Below, piece by piece: positions 1-7,718 of a stretch of 20,247 nucleotides of DNA. The notes below the pieces were generated by a model that made no database searches, was not told where the DNA came from, and saw nothing but the letters and a program-made list of their open reading frames with translations. The stretch covers positions 1 to 20,247 of the forward strand of contig JBBISH010000116.1 in NCBI GenBank assembly GCA_037441385.1, read 5' to 3'. The stretch's first letter is position 1. Every line of letters begins with the position of its first letter. A program made the translations under genes and the position numbers. Source of the stretch: Myxococcales bacterium. Its GTDB lineage: Bacteria; Myxococcota_A; UBA9042.

Positions 1-55
1 CATCGACCGCGGCCAGGGCCGCCTGCCTTTGCTCCTGCGTGTACGCCTTGCCCAT
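1..55 (-). CDS. 5' fragment of a probable transposase (HTH N-terminus), runs off the window
   Basis: GGAGGTCAAC-ATG gives MGKAYTQEQRQAALAAVD..., resembling the 'MxxxYSxDLRERVVAAV' start of IS630-type transposases. Only 18 codons are visible. Confidence 0.5.
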   Translation of the reverse strand, partial: MGKAYTQEQRQAALAAVD

Positions 56-128
56 GTTGACCTCCGCTCGTCTGGCGGTGGTTTCGCACGGTCCGGCGAT
101 CTGTCAAAATTTTTGTACACACCCTCTA
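1..128 (-). mobile_element. Probable left end of an insertion sequence (IS630-like), truncated by the window edge
   Basis: The minus strand reads TA-GAGGGTGTGTACAAAAATTTTGACAG, an AT-rich IR-like end starting at TA 127-128 in GC-rich DNA. An inward TTGACA (102-107), a GGAGG RBS and an ORF starting at 55 follow. Only one end is visible. Confidence 0.55.
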
Positions 129-146
129 ACTCCTTGCTATAACTCC

Positions 147-1637
147 CTACTTCGGCGCGACAACCGGCTTGCCGTCGCTGTCCAGCGCCTGCGCGACCTG
201 GCCCTTGAGCGGACCTTCGGCAAGCAGCGCCTGGACTTGCGCGCCGATCTTCTTCTGGTCGCCCACGATCAGCACCACCAGGTGGTCGTAGTCCAGGTGC
301 GCGGTGGCGGCCTTCTGCATCGCCGCCAGATCGACCGCCTGCAGGCGCGCCACATGGCCGTCGTACCAGGTGAAGGGCAGGCCGAAGTAGGCCAAGCCCT
401 GGAACGTGCTGGCGATCGACCGCCCAGTCGACCAGCGCGCCGGCAGCGAGAGAATGGCGCCTTCCTTTTCGCGCGCCAGTTCGTCGGCCGTGGCGGGCGC
501 TGCACGTATCCCTTCGATCTCACTGAACATCTCGCGAAGCGACGGCCCGCTGGCGTCGGCGCGCACCGAGGCGGATAGGCTGAGCAGGCTGCCGCCGCGC
601 CGGTATTGGAAGCCGCCGCCCGCTCCGTAGGCCCAGCCGTGCTTCTCGCGCAAATTCATGTTGATGCGGCTAGAGAACCCGGAGCCGAGCACTCCCATCA
701 TCAGCTGGGTGGCTTCGTAGTCGGCGGCGCTGCGCTCGGGCCCTTGGGCCAGGATCTGGACCACGGTCTGCTCAGCACCCGGCACATCGACCAGGAACAC
801 GCGGCCGGCGGGCGGATGGGGACCTGCGATCGGCGCGAGCTGCGGCGCCGGGGTCTTCCAGCCGGCAAAGCGCGCCTGCCATGCTTTCTCCAAGGCCGCG
901 CGGGTCACGTCGCCGACCACGTAAAGCCTTGCCCCGTCGGGCGAAAGTGCCGCGGCGTGTTGTTGGCAGCCGGCGACGTCCAGGGCGGCCAAGCTCGCCT
1001 CAGTGCTAAGCCGACCCCACGCTTGCGTGCCAAAAGCCACCGGACCGACCACGCGCTGCGCCACCGCCGCCGGATTGCCGCGGGCCTGCACCAGCGACGC
1101 TTTGCGCCGGGCCACGATGCGCGCGAGTTCGTCGGCTCGCAGGCCGGGACGCAAGAGCGTGTCCGCCAGCAAGTCCAGCGCCGGTGCCAGGTTGCGCGAC
1201 AGAACCGCCAACTGCAGGCCTTGCTGGTCCACGCCGCTCCATGCGTCCACGCTCGCGGCAAGGTCGGCCTGCGCCTCGGCAAACTGCACCTTGTCCAGCT
1301 TGGCGGTGCCCGAGCCCAAGAGTTGCATACAGGCGCTCGCCTGGCCTTCGCGCCCCGGCGGATCCCAGGCCGAGCCACCGGTCAGGACCAATTCCATCGA
1401 CACGGTGGGGAGTTCGTGGCGCTCGACCAGCACGACCTCGACCGGTCCTGCCTTGAATTGCTGCGGCTTGGGCGTGGCGATGGCCTTGGCCGGCCCGGGG
1501 ACCGGAGGTTGGGCGCGCCAGGCCTCGGGATCGGCGGCCGCTTCCGCCGCACTTGCCGGACGGTTTCCGCCCACGGCCAGGGCCGCCAGCACGACCAAAG
1601 CGACAGAACTTGTCGTTTTGCGGTGCAACTGGGTCAT
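147..1637 (-). CDS. M16B peptidase, non-catalytic subunit (496 aa, signal peptide)
   Basis: M16 features (VVLVERHELPTV, LYVVGDV, LIVGD). Lacks HxxEH (SACMQ at that site) but has the C-terminal R/Y motif NLREKHGWAYG. The ATG at 1637 overlaps the upstream stop (ATGA), so it is preferred over the ORF-track start at 1856. Confidence 0.9.
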   Translation of the reverse strand: MTQLHRKTTSSVALVVLAALAVGGNRPASAAEAAADPEAWRAQPPVPGPAKAIATPKPQQFKAGPVEVVLVERHELPTVSMELVLTGGSAWDPPGREGQASACMQLLGSGTAKLDKVQFAEAQADLAASVDAWSGVDQQGLQLAVLSRNLAPALDLLADTLLRPGLRADELARIVARRKASLVQARGNPAAVAQRVVGPVAFGTQAWGRLSTEASLAALDVAGCQQHAAALSPDGARLYVVGDVTRAALEKAWQARFAGWKTPAPQLAPIAGPHPPAGRVFLVDVPGAEQTVVQILAQGPERSAADYEATQLMMGVLGSGFSSRINMNLREKHGWAYGAGGGFQYRRGGSLLSLSASVRADASGPSLREMFSEIEGIRAAPATADELAREKEGAILSLPARWSTGRSIASTFQGLAYFGLPFTWYDGHVARLQAVDLAAMQKAATAHLDYDHLVVLIVGDQKKIGAQVQALLAEGPLKGQVAQALDSDGKPVVAPK

Positions 1638-3028
1638 TTTCCACCCCCTTGGGCCGGCGCCGCCGCCTTCTCGGGCACCGTGAACACCGCCGCTCGCCGC
1701 GCGGGCAGCAGGTTCGCCGCCACGGCAGCCTGGATCGACTGCGGCGTAGCTCCGCGATAACGTTGCAGATCGTCGGCCAGTGCGTCGGTCTTGCCCAGGT
1801 AGTGTTGGTAGGCCTGCAGCACTTCGCAGCGGTTCATCAGCCCTTCCAGGCCCCACACAAAGGCGCTCTCTACGTCCAAGACGGCGCGGTTGCGTTCAGC
1901 AGCGCTCGGCGGCTCCTTGGCCAGGCGTGCCAGCTCCTCGTCGATGACTTTCAGCACCGCCTCGCGCGACGCGCCCGGCTTCAGATCCACGATCACATGG
2001 AACACCGACGACAGTTGCTGGCTACCCTGGTACACCGTCACGCTCTGCGCCGTTTGGTCTTGGTGCACCAATCGCTTGTAAAGACGCCCCGTTCCCGCGT
2101 GTCCCAGAATGTGCGACGCCAGGTCCAGGTCGGCATCGCCGGGCTTGTACATGGCGGGCGAGTGCCACGCCAGGTGGATGCGCTCTAGCCGCGCAAGGGG
2201 ATCGCTGACGGTTTCTTCTTGAGCCGCACCAAGTTGCGGCGTATTGACCGGCTGATGGGTCGGCGCCGGCGCCTTGGGCAGCGTGCCGAACCACTTGGCG
2301 AGCGCAGCCTTGGCCTGCTTGGGCTCAAAATCGCCGGCCAGGCACAGTGTCGCGTTGCTGGGCACATACCACTGCTTGAAGAACGACTGCACGTCGCCCA
2401 CGCTGGCCGCTTGCAGGTCTTCGTGCCGGCCGATGGTCATGTAGCGATACGGGTGCCCTTCGGGGTACAGCATCTGCGAAATGGCAAAGCGTTCCTTGCC
2501 ATACGGCACGTTGTCATAGCGCTGCCGCCGCTCGTTGCGCACCACTTCGCGCTGATTGTCCAGCGACTTCTGGTTCAGCGTGTCCAGCAGCCAGCCCATG
2601 CGGTCCGACTCCAGGCGCAGCGCCGTTTCCAGATGGTGGCTGGGCACCTGCTCGAAGTAGTTGGTGCGGTCGGTGTTGGTGGTGCCATTGATCTGGCTGG
2701 CGCCGGCCTTTTTCAAGATGTCGAAGTGGACGTCTTCGCCGATGTGCTTGGCGCCCTGGAACATCATGTGCTCGAACAGGTGCGCAAAGCCCGACTTGCC
2801 GGGCACCTCGTCGCCCGAGCCAACGTGGTACCAAACGTCCACCGCCACCAGCGGCACGCTGCGGTCGGGCACCAACACCACCTGCAGGCCCGAAGGCAGG
2901 GTGTAGACTTCGTGTTTGATCTTGGGCAGATCGTCGGCCTGCGCCGCGCTGCTCCCCAGCATCGAGGGGGCCAGCACCAGGGGTGCGAGCGCCGTTTGGG
3001 CCAGCCAGGCCCTCCATCCTTTTCTCAT
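1634..3028 (-). CDS. M16B (insulinase/pitrilysin family) zinc peptidase, catalytic subunit (464 aa, signal peptide)
   Basis: Inverted zinc motif GFAHLFEHMMFQG, plus NGTTNTDRTNYF, REVVRNERR, HPY...IG and WYVPSNATL. GAGG upstream of ATG 3028. N-terminal signal peptide ending AQA. Confidence 0.95.
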   Translation of the reverse strand: MRKGWRAWLAQTALAPLVLAPSMLGSSAAQADDLPKIKHEVYTLPSGLQVVLVPDRSVPLVAVDVWYHVGSGDEVPGKSGFAHLFEHMMFQGAKHIGEDVHFDILKKAGASQINGTTNTDRTNYFEQVPSHHLETALRLESDRMGWLLDTLNQKSLDNQREVVRNERRQRYDNVPYGKERFAISQMLYPEGHPYRYMTIGRHEDLQAASVGDVQSFFKQWYVPSNATLCLAGDFEPKQAKAALAKWFGTLPKAPAPTHQPVNTPQLGAAQEETVSDPLARLERIHLAWHSPAMYKPGDADLDLASHILGHAGTGRLYKRLVHQDQTAQSVTVYQGSQQLSSVFHVIVDLKPGASREAVLKVIDEELARLAKEPPSAAERNRAVLDVESAFVWGLEGLMNRCEVLQAYQHYLGKTDALADDLQRYRGATPQSIQAAVAANLLPARRAAVFTVPEKAAAPAQGGGK

Positions 3029-3200
3029 CGCCGCCTCGGTTGGTCGTCGGTCCGCGCGCAGTGTGGCGCAGAACGGGTCTACAAGGAAACAGGTCGCCGC
3101 GGCATTCCCGCCGGGTGGCCGGGATGGGCGGTTGCGACGGCCCCGCGATCTGGGCAGGATGGAGCCACCCGGCGCCGGTGCGAGCGCGGCAAGGAGGGCG

Positions 3201-5021
3201 ATGCGCAAGCTCGTTTGGTTGGTGGTGGGGACGACGGTGGGGACGCTGTGGGCGGCGCCGCTGCTGGCGATGACGCTGGCGGTCAGCTACTTCGACAATC
3301 GCTCGGGCCAGGATCAGTGGCAACCGCTGAGCAAAGGCCTGGCCGACATGCTGATCACGGATCTGGCCGAGACCGATGGCGTCACGGTGGTCGAACGCGA
3401 GCGCTTGCAGTCCATTCTGGGCGAAATTCAGCTGGGCAAAGGCAAGTTCATCGATCCCGCCACGGCGCAAAGGCTGGGCAAGGGTCTGGGGGCAACCCAC
3501 GTGATGACGGGCAGTTATCAGCTGTCTGGCAACAAGGTTCGCATCGACGCCCGCGCGATCGAGGTGGCCACGGGCGCGGTGCGGGTGACAGCGGAGCACA
3601 CCGGACCGGCCGAGGACGTCTTTGCCGTCGAGTCGAAACTGGCTGAAAAGCTTCGCGAAGGCCTGACCCTGAAGCGGCGCGGCGAGGCCAAGCCCCCGGC
3701 AAAAGTATCGGCCGACGAAGTGCGCACCTACGGCATGGGGCTAGAGGCCCTGGACGACGGCCACGTGGACGAGGCGCGCCGCATCCTGGGCGCCCTGGCG
3801 ATGCAGCGGCCGGACTTTGCCCAGGTTCAGCGAGGGCTTGACCAGTTGTCCCGAAAAATCAAGACGTTACTTGATCAATCCAAATATGCGCCCGAGAAGA
3901 TCGTGGCGCTGGCGGCCCAAGTCGAGGCCGGCAAGCTCGACGCCTGCAACCCACTGATGAATGAACTGATGCAGCTGCAAAGCGCCGCGACCCGCGCGGC
4001 CGTGACGATTTTGAACCCCGCCAGTGGCGACCGCGCCGAGGTGCAGCGGACGCTGGCCGCCTTCTACGCGGTGACCCTGCTGATGTTGGACAAGCCGGGG
4101 CTAGGTCAACCGGTCTGTCCGGGGGCGCAGTCGCCAGCCGCCACGGCCTTGTCGCTTTTCCTCTTCACGATGCACATGCCGGCCAAACAGGTCATGGACT
4201 GTCATCCGCTGATGCTGGCGCAGTCCCCCAACCCCAAACAGAGCCAGGATCAATGCGAACGGATCCTCAAGCGCGTGCCTGACTTGACCGATGCCCACGG
4301 GAGGGTGCTGGTGCCCGTGGCCGACTATCCGGCGCTGATGGTGCAACTGGGTCAGGTGGCCATCGACCGCTTCCCCAATTCGCCGTACCTGCAGTCGCTG
4401 CTGCCGATCATCCAGACCTACGTGGAATTCTTGAAGGTGACGACCCTGTCGGGTCCAGCGCGCCAACGGGCCATCGATCGCGGCATCGTCGACAAGGCCC
4501 GCCAGCAGCTGGCCCAGCAGACCGCCTATGCCGATATGTACCTGGCCATCGTGCAGATTCCGCTCAAGCCGGCGCTGCGGGCGATGATCGCCCCAGGCAC
4601 GGCGCGGATGACCTTGGGCGTGGGTCAAAATGACATCACCTTGGGCACTGCGCGCATCGAGCTCTCGGTCGACGGCGGCAAGACCTGGCCGCATCGGTGG
4701 CCGCTCAAGGACGACGCGCCGGGCCTGGCCGCGGCGTCGCTGAAAATCCCTGTGGATGCCGGCGGCAAGCTGCTGGTGGGTCTGGTCGAGCGGCTCAAAC
4801 GCGACGGCTCGCCGGAGATCGAGTACGCCGCGCGCTGGCAGCAGTCGGCGGCCTGGCTGGGTGCTGAATGGACCGCCCAAAGCCTGGGGCAAGTGCAGTT
4901 CCGCTTGGTGGCGCTGGACGACAGCGAGCTAGTGCGCTGCCCAGTGCAGCACGAGGCCGAGATCAGCGAACGCACCGAGGGCGCCTGGCTGTTCGGCAAG
5001 GCGATGTGCAAGGCGCCGTAG
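3201..5021 (+). CDS. Secreted protein with N-terminal CsgG/FlgO/TolB-N-like domain, a TPR-like helix pair and an unassigned C-terminal region (606 aa)
   Basis: AAGGAGG RBS before ATG 3201; signal peptide. Pattern LAVSYFDN...GLADMLITDL...VVERERLQSILGE...IDPATAQRLGKGLGATHVMTGSY...VRIDARAIEVATG is typical of the CsgG/HfaB-like family. Confidence 0.8.
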   Translation: MRKLVWLVVGTTVGTLWAAPLLAMTLAVSYFDNRSGQDQWQPLSKGLADMLITDLAETDGVTVVERERLQSILGEIQLGKGKFIDPATAQRLGKGLGATHVMTGSYQLSGNKVRIDARAIEVATGAVRVTAEHTGPAEDVFAVESKLAEKLREGLTLKRRGEAKPPAKVSADEVRTYGMGLEALDDGHVDEARRILGALAMQRPDFAQVQRGLDQLSRKIKTLLDQSKYAPEKIVALAAQVEAGKLDACNPLMNELMQLQSAATRAAVTILNPASGDRAEVQRTLAAFYAVTLLMLDKPGLGQPVCPGAQSPAATALSLFLFTMHMPAKQVMDCHPLMLAQSPNPKQSQDQCERILKRVPDLTDAHGRVLVPVADYPALMVQLGQVAIDRFPNSPYLQSLLPIIQTYVEFLKVTTLSGPARQRAIDRGIVDKARQQLAQQTAYADMYLAIVQIPLKPALRAMIAPGTARMTLGVGQNDITLGTARIELSVDGGKTWPHRWPLKDDAPGLAAASLKIPVDAGGKLLVGLVERLKRDGSPEIEYAARWQQSAAWLGAEWTAQSLGQVQFRLVALDDSELVRCPVQHEAEISERTEGAWLFGKAMCKAP

Positions 5022-5065
5022 CGGCTGATGAATGTTGAATGGACGGGACGGAAGCGCGGACCCGA

Positions 5066-5710
5066 CTACACCGCGCGGTCGCCCTTGTTCTCGCGGCCGT
5101 CGATCTCGCTGAGCACCTTCTCGATCGCGGCAGCGGCTTGGGCGATGTTCTCTTCGTCGCCGCCGAGCCAAATGCGGCCGAAGGCGCCAAAGGTAATCAT
5201 CTCGAGCACTTTGATGTTGGCGGCCTTCTCGGCTTCGTTGGTGGCGAGCAGCGCGTAGCCGGCCGGGTGGACCTCGACCGTCAGCATGGTCTGGCCCTCT
5301 AGAATCATGTCGCCGTGACGCATCCGGTTGATCAGCATGGTGTGATAACCCTGGATGCCCGTGATGGTCTGCAGGGTCATCACCCGCGGCTTCATGCGCT
5401 CTAGGGCGGTGATGCCGTAGTGATCGAGCACCGCATCACCCGCGGCGCGCACCTGGCCCTGGTCGGTGTGGTGCACCTCCAACATGCCAAAGGCGCGCTC
5501 GACGATCTGCATGCCTGGGATCACGCTGGTTTGCTTCAGCACCGCGTCGGTCACGTTGTTGATCGACATGCCGGGCGCGACCTCGACGAGCAGGGCCGCC
5601 TGACCCTCTAGCGGCAAGAAGCCGCGGGCGATGGTCGCCACAAAGCTGGCCGTCTGCGGCTGCAACACGTCGATCAGGGTGAAGGTGCGAAGTTCGATGC
5701 CGGCGGCCAT
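5066..5710 (-). CDS. Bacterial microcompartment shell protein, tandem permuted BMC domains (BMC-Tdp; CcmP/CsoS1D/Haliangium BMC-T3 type), 214 aa
   Basis: ELRTF..IDVLQPQ, LVEVAPG, QIVERAFGMLEVH..DQGQVRAAGDA, LINRMRHGDMI, EVHPAGY..LATNEAEKAANI and FGAFGRIWLGG are hallmark motifs of double-stacking BMC-T trimers. GGGGAA RBS-like sequence upstream. Confidence 0.93.
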   Translation of the reverse strand: MAAGIELRTFTLIDVLQPQTASFVATIARGFLPLEGQAALLVEVAPGMSINNVTDAVLKQTSVIPGMQIVERAFGMLEVHHTDQGQVRAAGDAVLDHYGITALERMKPRVMTLQTITGIQGYHTMLINRMRHGDMILEGQTMLTVEVHPAGYALLATNEAEKAANIKVLEMITFGAFGRIWLGGDEENIAQAAAAIEKVLSEIDGRENKGDRAV

Positions 5711-5742
5711 GGCGTTCCCCCGCGCAAGTGCGCTGTTGCGGC

Positions 5743-5771
5743 GTTGTAGTCCAGCAGGCCGGCGAGGTCAA
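5743..5771 (-). promoter_or_regulatory. Candidate sigma70-type promoter for the BMC-T gene
   Basis: Minus strand TTGACC-17 nt-TACAAC, ending 32 nt upstream of the ATG at 5710, in the panC/BMC-T intergenic gap. Confidence 0.45.
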
Positions 5772-5813
5772 ACCGGCGGCGCGGCACACCAGATTTTACC
5801 TATGATTTCGAAC

Positions 5814-6671
5814 CTATGCCTGCTGTCCGCGGATCGGCAACTCCAGGTTGTCGATGAGCCGCGTAGCCCCGTAGCGCGCCGCCGCCAGGGCCCGGCCTGG
5901 GGCAGAAAAATCGTCTAGCGGTTCCAGAGTTTCGGCATGCACCAGGCCGACGTACTCGGGCTGCCCGCCGCTCGCGGCCAGCGCGGCGAATAGCTCGGCC
6001 TGCAATTCGGCAGGCGGACGGGCCGTAGTCACGACCTGTTGCTGCAAGTGTAGAAGACCCTTAGAGATCGCCAGAGCGTTGTGTCGCTGTTCCGCCGTCA
6101 GGTAGACGTTGCGCGAGCTCATCGCCAGGCCGTCGGGCTCGCGCACGATGGGCGCGCCCAGGATCTGCGCCGGGTGGTCCAGGTCGCGGCTCATCTGGCG
6201 GATCACCTGCAATTGCTGCCAGTCCTTCTCGCCAAAGATGGCCACGTCGGCGCCGGTTTGGTTCAAGAGCTTCAGCACCACGGTCGCCACGCCGCGGAAG
6301 TGCCCGGGGCGACTGGCGCCGCACCACCGCTCGGCCACCCTTTCGACCTCGACGTGGGTTTGAAAGCCCTGCGGGTACATGCCCTGCACATCGGGGTGGT
6401 ACACCGCGTCGACGCCGAGCGCCTCGCACATCGCGCAATCCGTGGGGAATTGCCGCGGATAGCGGCCAAAGTCCTCGCTCGGCCCAAACTGCAGCGGATT
6501 GACGAAAATCGTCACCACCACCCGGTCCGTGTGCGGGCGGATCTGGTCGACCAAGCGCAGGTGGCCCTCGTGCAGCGCGCCCATGGTGGGCACGACGCCG
6601 ATGCGCAGTCCGGCGCGGTGCTGTGCGGTGTGCCACTGCCGCAGCTCGTGGGGATTCGTGAGGATTTGCAT
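5814..6671 (-). CDS. panC: Pantoate--beta-alanine ligase (pantothenate synthetase), 285 aa
   Basis: VPTMGALHEGH (HIGH-like), IFVNPLQF, SRPGHFRGVATVV, FGEKDWQQL, REPDGLAMSSRN, TRLIDN. Start placed at ATG 6671 (MQIL...). Confidence 0.97.
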   Translation of the reverse strand: MQILTNPHELRQWHTAQHRAGLRIGVVPTMGALHEGHLRLVDQIRPHTDRVVVTIFVNPLQFGPSEDFGRYPRQFPTDCAMCEALGVDAVYHPDVQGMYPQGFQTHVEVERVAERWCGASRPGHFRGVATVVLKLLNQTGADVAIFGEKDWQQLQVIRQMSRDLDHPAQILGAPIVREPDGLAMSSRNVYLTAEQRHNALAISKGLLHLQQQVVTTARPPAELQAELFAALAASGGQPEYVGLVHAETLEPLDDFSAPGRALAAARYGATRLIDNLELPIRGQQA

Positions 6672-6701
6672 GGAATCTCGCAAGAAAGCGCGCGGACGCC
6701 G

Positions 6702-7637
6702 CTAGCCGGAAGTCTGGCGCTTGCGCTCGACCGGCGTGGGGTCGCGGTAGGCGTGCTCGGGCGCCGGGAATGCGCCGGTCTGGACCTCGCCGCGGTAGCT
6801 GCGCAGCGCGTCGCCGATGACAGAGCCCAAATCAGCATAGCGCTTGAGGAATTTGGGGGTAAAACCGGGGTTCATGCCCAGCAGATCGTACAGCACCAGG
6901 ATCTGGCCGTCGCACTCCGCGCCCGCACCGATGCCGATGGTCGGGATTTCGAGCGACGCCGTCACCTCGGCAGCTAGATCGGCCGGGATCGCCTCGAGCA
7001 CGATCGAGTAGCAGCCGGCCTCTTGCAGATCGCGGGCCGCGTCGAGCAGGCGCTGGCGTGCGGCGTGACCGCGGCCTTGCACCCGATGCCCGCCCATGGC
7101 GTGCACCGACTGCGGCGTCAGACCGATGTGGCCCATGACCGGAATCCCCGCGCTGACCAGGGCTTGCACGATCGGCGCCACTTCGCTGCCGCCCTCGAGC
7201 TTGACCGCGTGCGCGCCGCCCTCGGCCAGCATCCGCCCGGCGGACTGCAGCGCCACGTCCACGTTGCGATAGCTCATAAAGGGCATGTCCGCGACCAAGT
7301 GGGCGTGCTGCAGACCGCGCGCCACCGCCGCCGTGTGGTAGACGATGTGGTCGACGGTGACCGGCAGCGTGGTGTCTTGGCCCTGGATCACGTTGCCCAA
7401 CGAGTCGCCGACCAGCACCACCTCGATGCCGGCGGCGTCGACCAGCCGCGCAAAGGTGGCGTCGTAGCAGGTCACCGCCGAGATGCGCTGGCCGCGCTCT
7501 TTGGCTTCGCGCAGGTGGTGCACACGGATGCGACCCTGCGGAGCACTATGCGGTTGTTGGGGATTTTCGATTGCGTACAAGCCGCGGGGCGCCACTCCAT
7601 GTGCTGGGTGCCCGGTCGGCGGATTCGTCGTGCTCAT
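6702..7637 (-). CDS. panB: 3-methyl-2-oxobutanoate hydroxymethyltransferase, 311 aa
   Basis: TCYDATFA, LVGDSLGNV, VADMPFMSY, AVKLEGG, GHIGLTPQSV, IPTIGIGAG..CDGQILV. AGGAGG RBS (7645-7650) before ATG 7637. Confidence 0.97.
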   Translation of the reverse strand: MSTTNPPTGHPAHGVAPRGLYAIENPQQPHSAPQGRIRVHHLREAKERGQRISAVTCYDATFARLVDAAGIEVVLVGDSLGNVIQGQDTTLPVTVDHIVYHTAAVARGLQHAHLVADMPFMSYRNVDVALQSAGRMLAEGGAHAVKLEGGSEVAPIVQALVSAGIPVMGHIGLTPQSVHAMGGHRVQGRGHAARQRLLDAARDLQEAGCYSIVLEAIPADLAAEVTASLEIPTIGIGAGAECDGQILVLYDLLGMNPGFTPKFLKRYADLGSVIGDALRSYRGEVQTGAFPAPEHAYRDPTPVERKRQTSG

Positions 7638-7718
7638 CGGGTGGCCTCCTGGGTTTGGTAGACCCCACCATGGCTCCACGGTACGGGATCGAACCGGCAG
7701 AAGGCAAGCGCTGAGTGG

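Noticed and set aside
1638..1856. ORF-track N-terminal extensions (starts at 1856, 3208, 2916, 7679, 11092, 18398)
   Set aside because: They overlap neighbouring genes or lack an RBS. Downstream starts give RBSs, start/stop overlaps or clean signal peptides.
3201..3700. Curli secretion system (csgG)
   Set aside because: No lipobox, no csgA/B/E/F neighbours, and the domain is fused to a long unrelated region. Domain-level similarity only.
5066..5710. Carboxysome (CcmP/CsoS1D) interpretation, with the carboxyltransferase as encapsulated carboxylase
   Set aside because: No RuBisCO, carbonic anhydrase or other shell genes are present. The motifs fit the Haliangium-type T3 better, and the carboxyltransferase has no evident encapsulation extension.
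7671..7698. tRNA-3'-end-like string on the minus strand (GCCGG-TTCGATC-CCGTA-CCGTGGA-G-CCA), with correct T-loop-to-CCA spacing
   Set aside because: The T-stem pairs at only 3 of 5 positions, and there is no complementary acceptor 5' strand, D-arm or anticodon arm upstream (that region is the end of pccB). No integrase nearby to suggest an att site.
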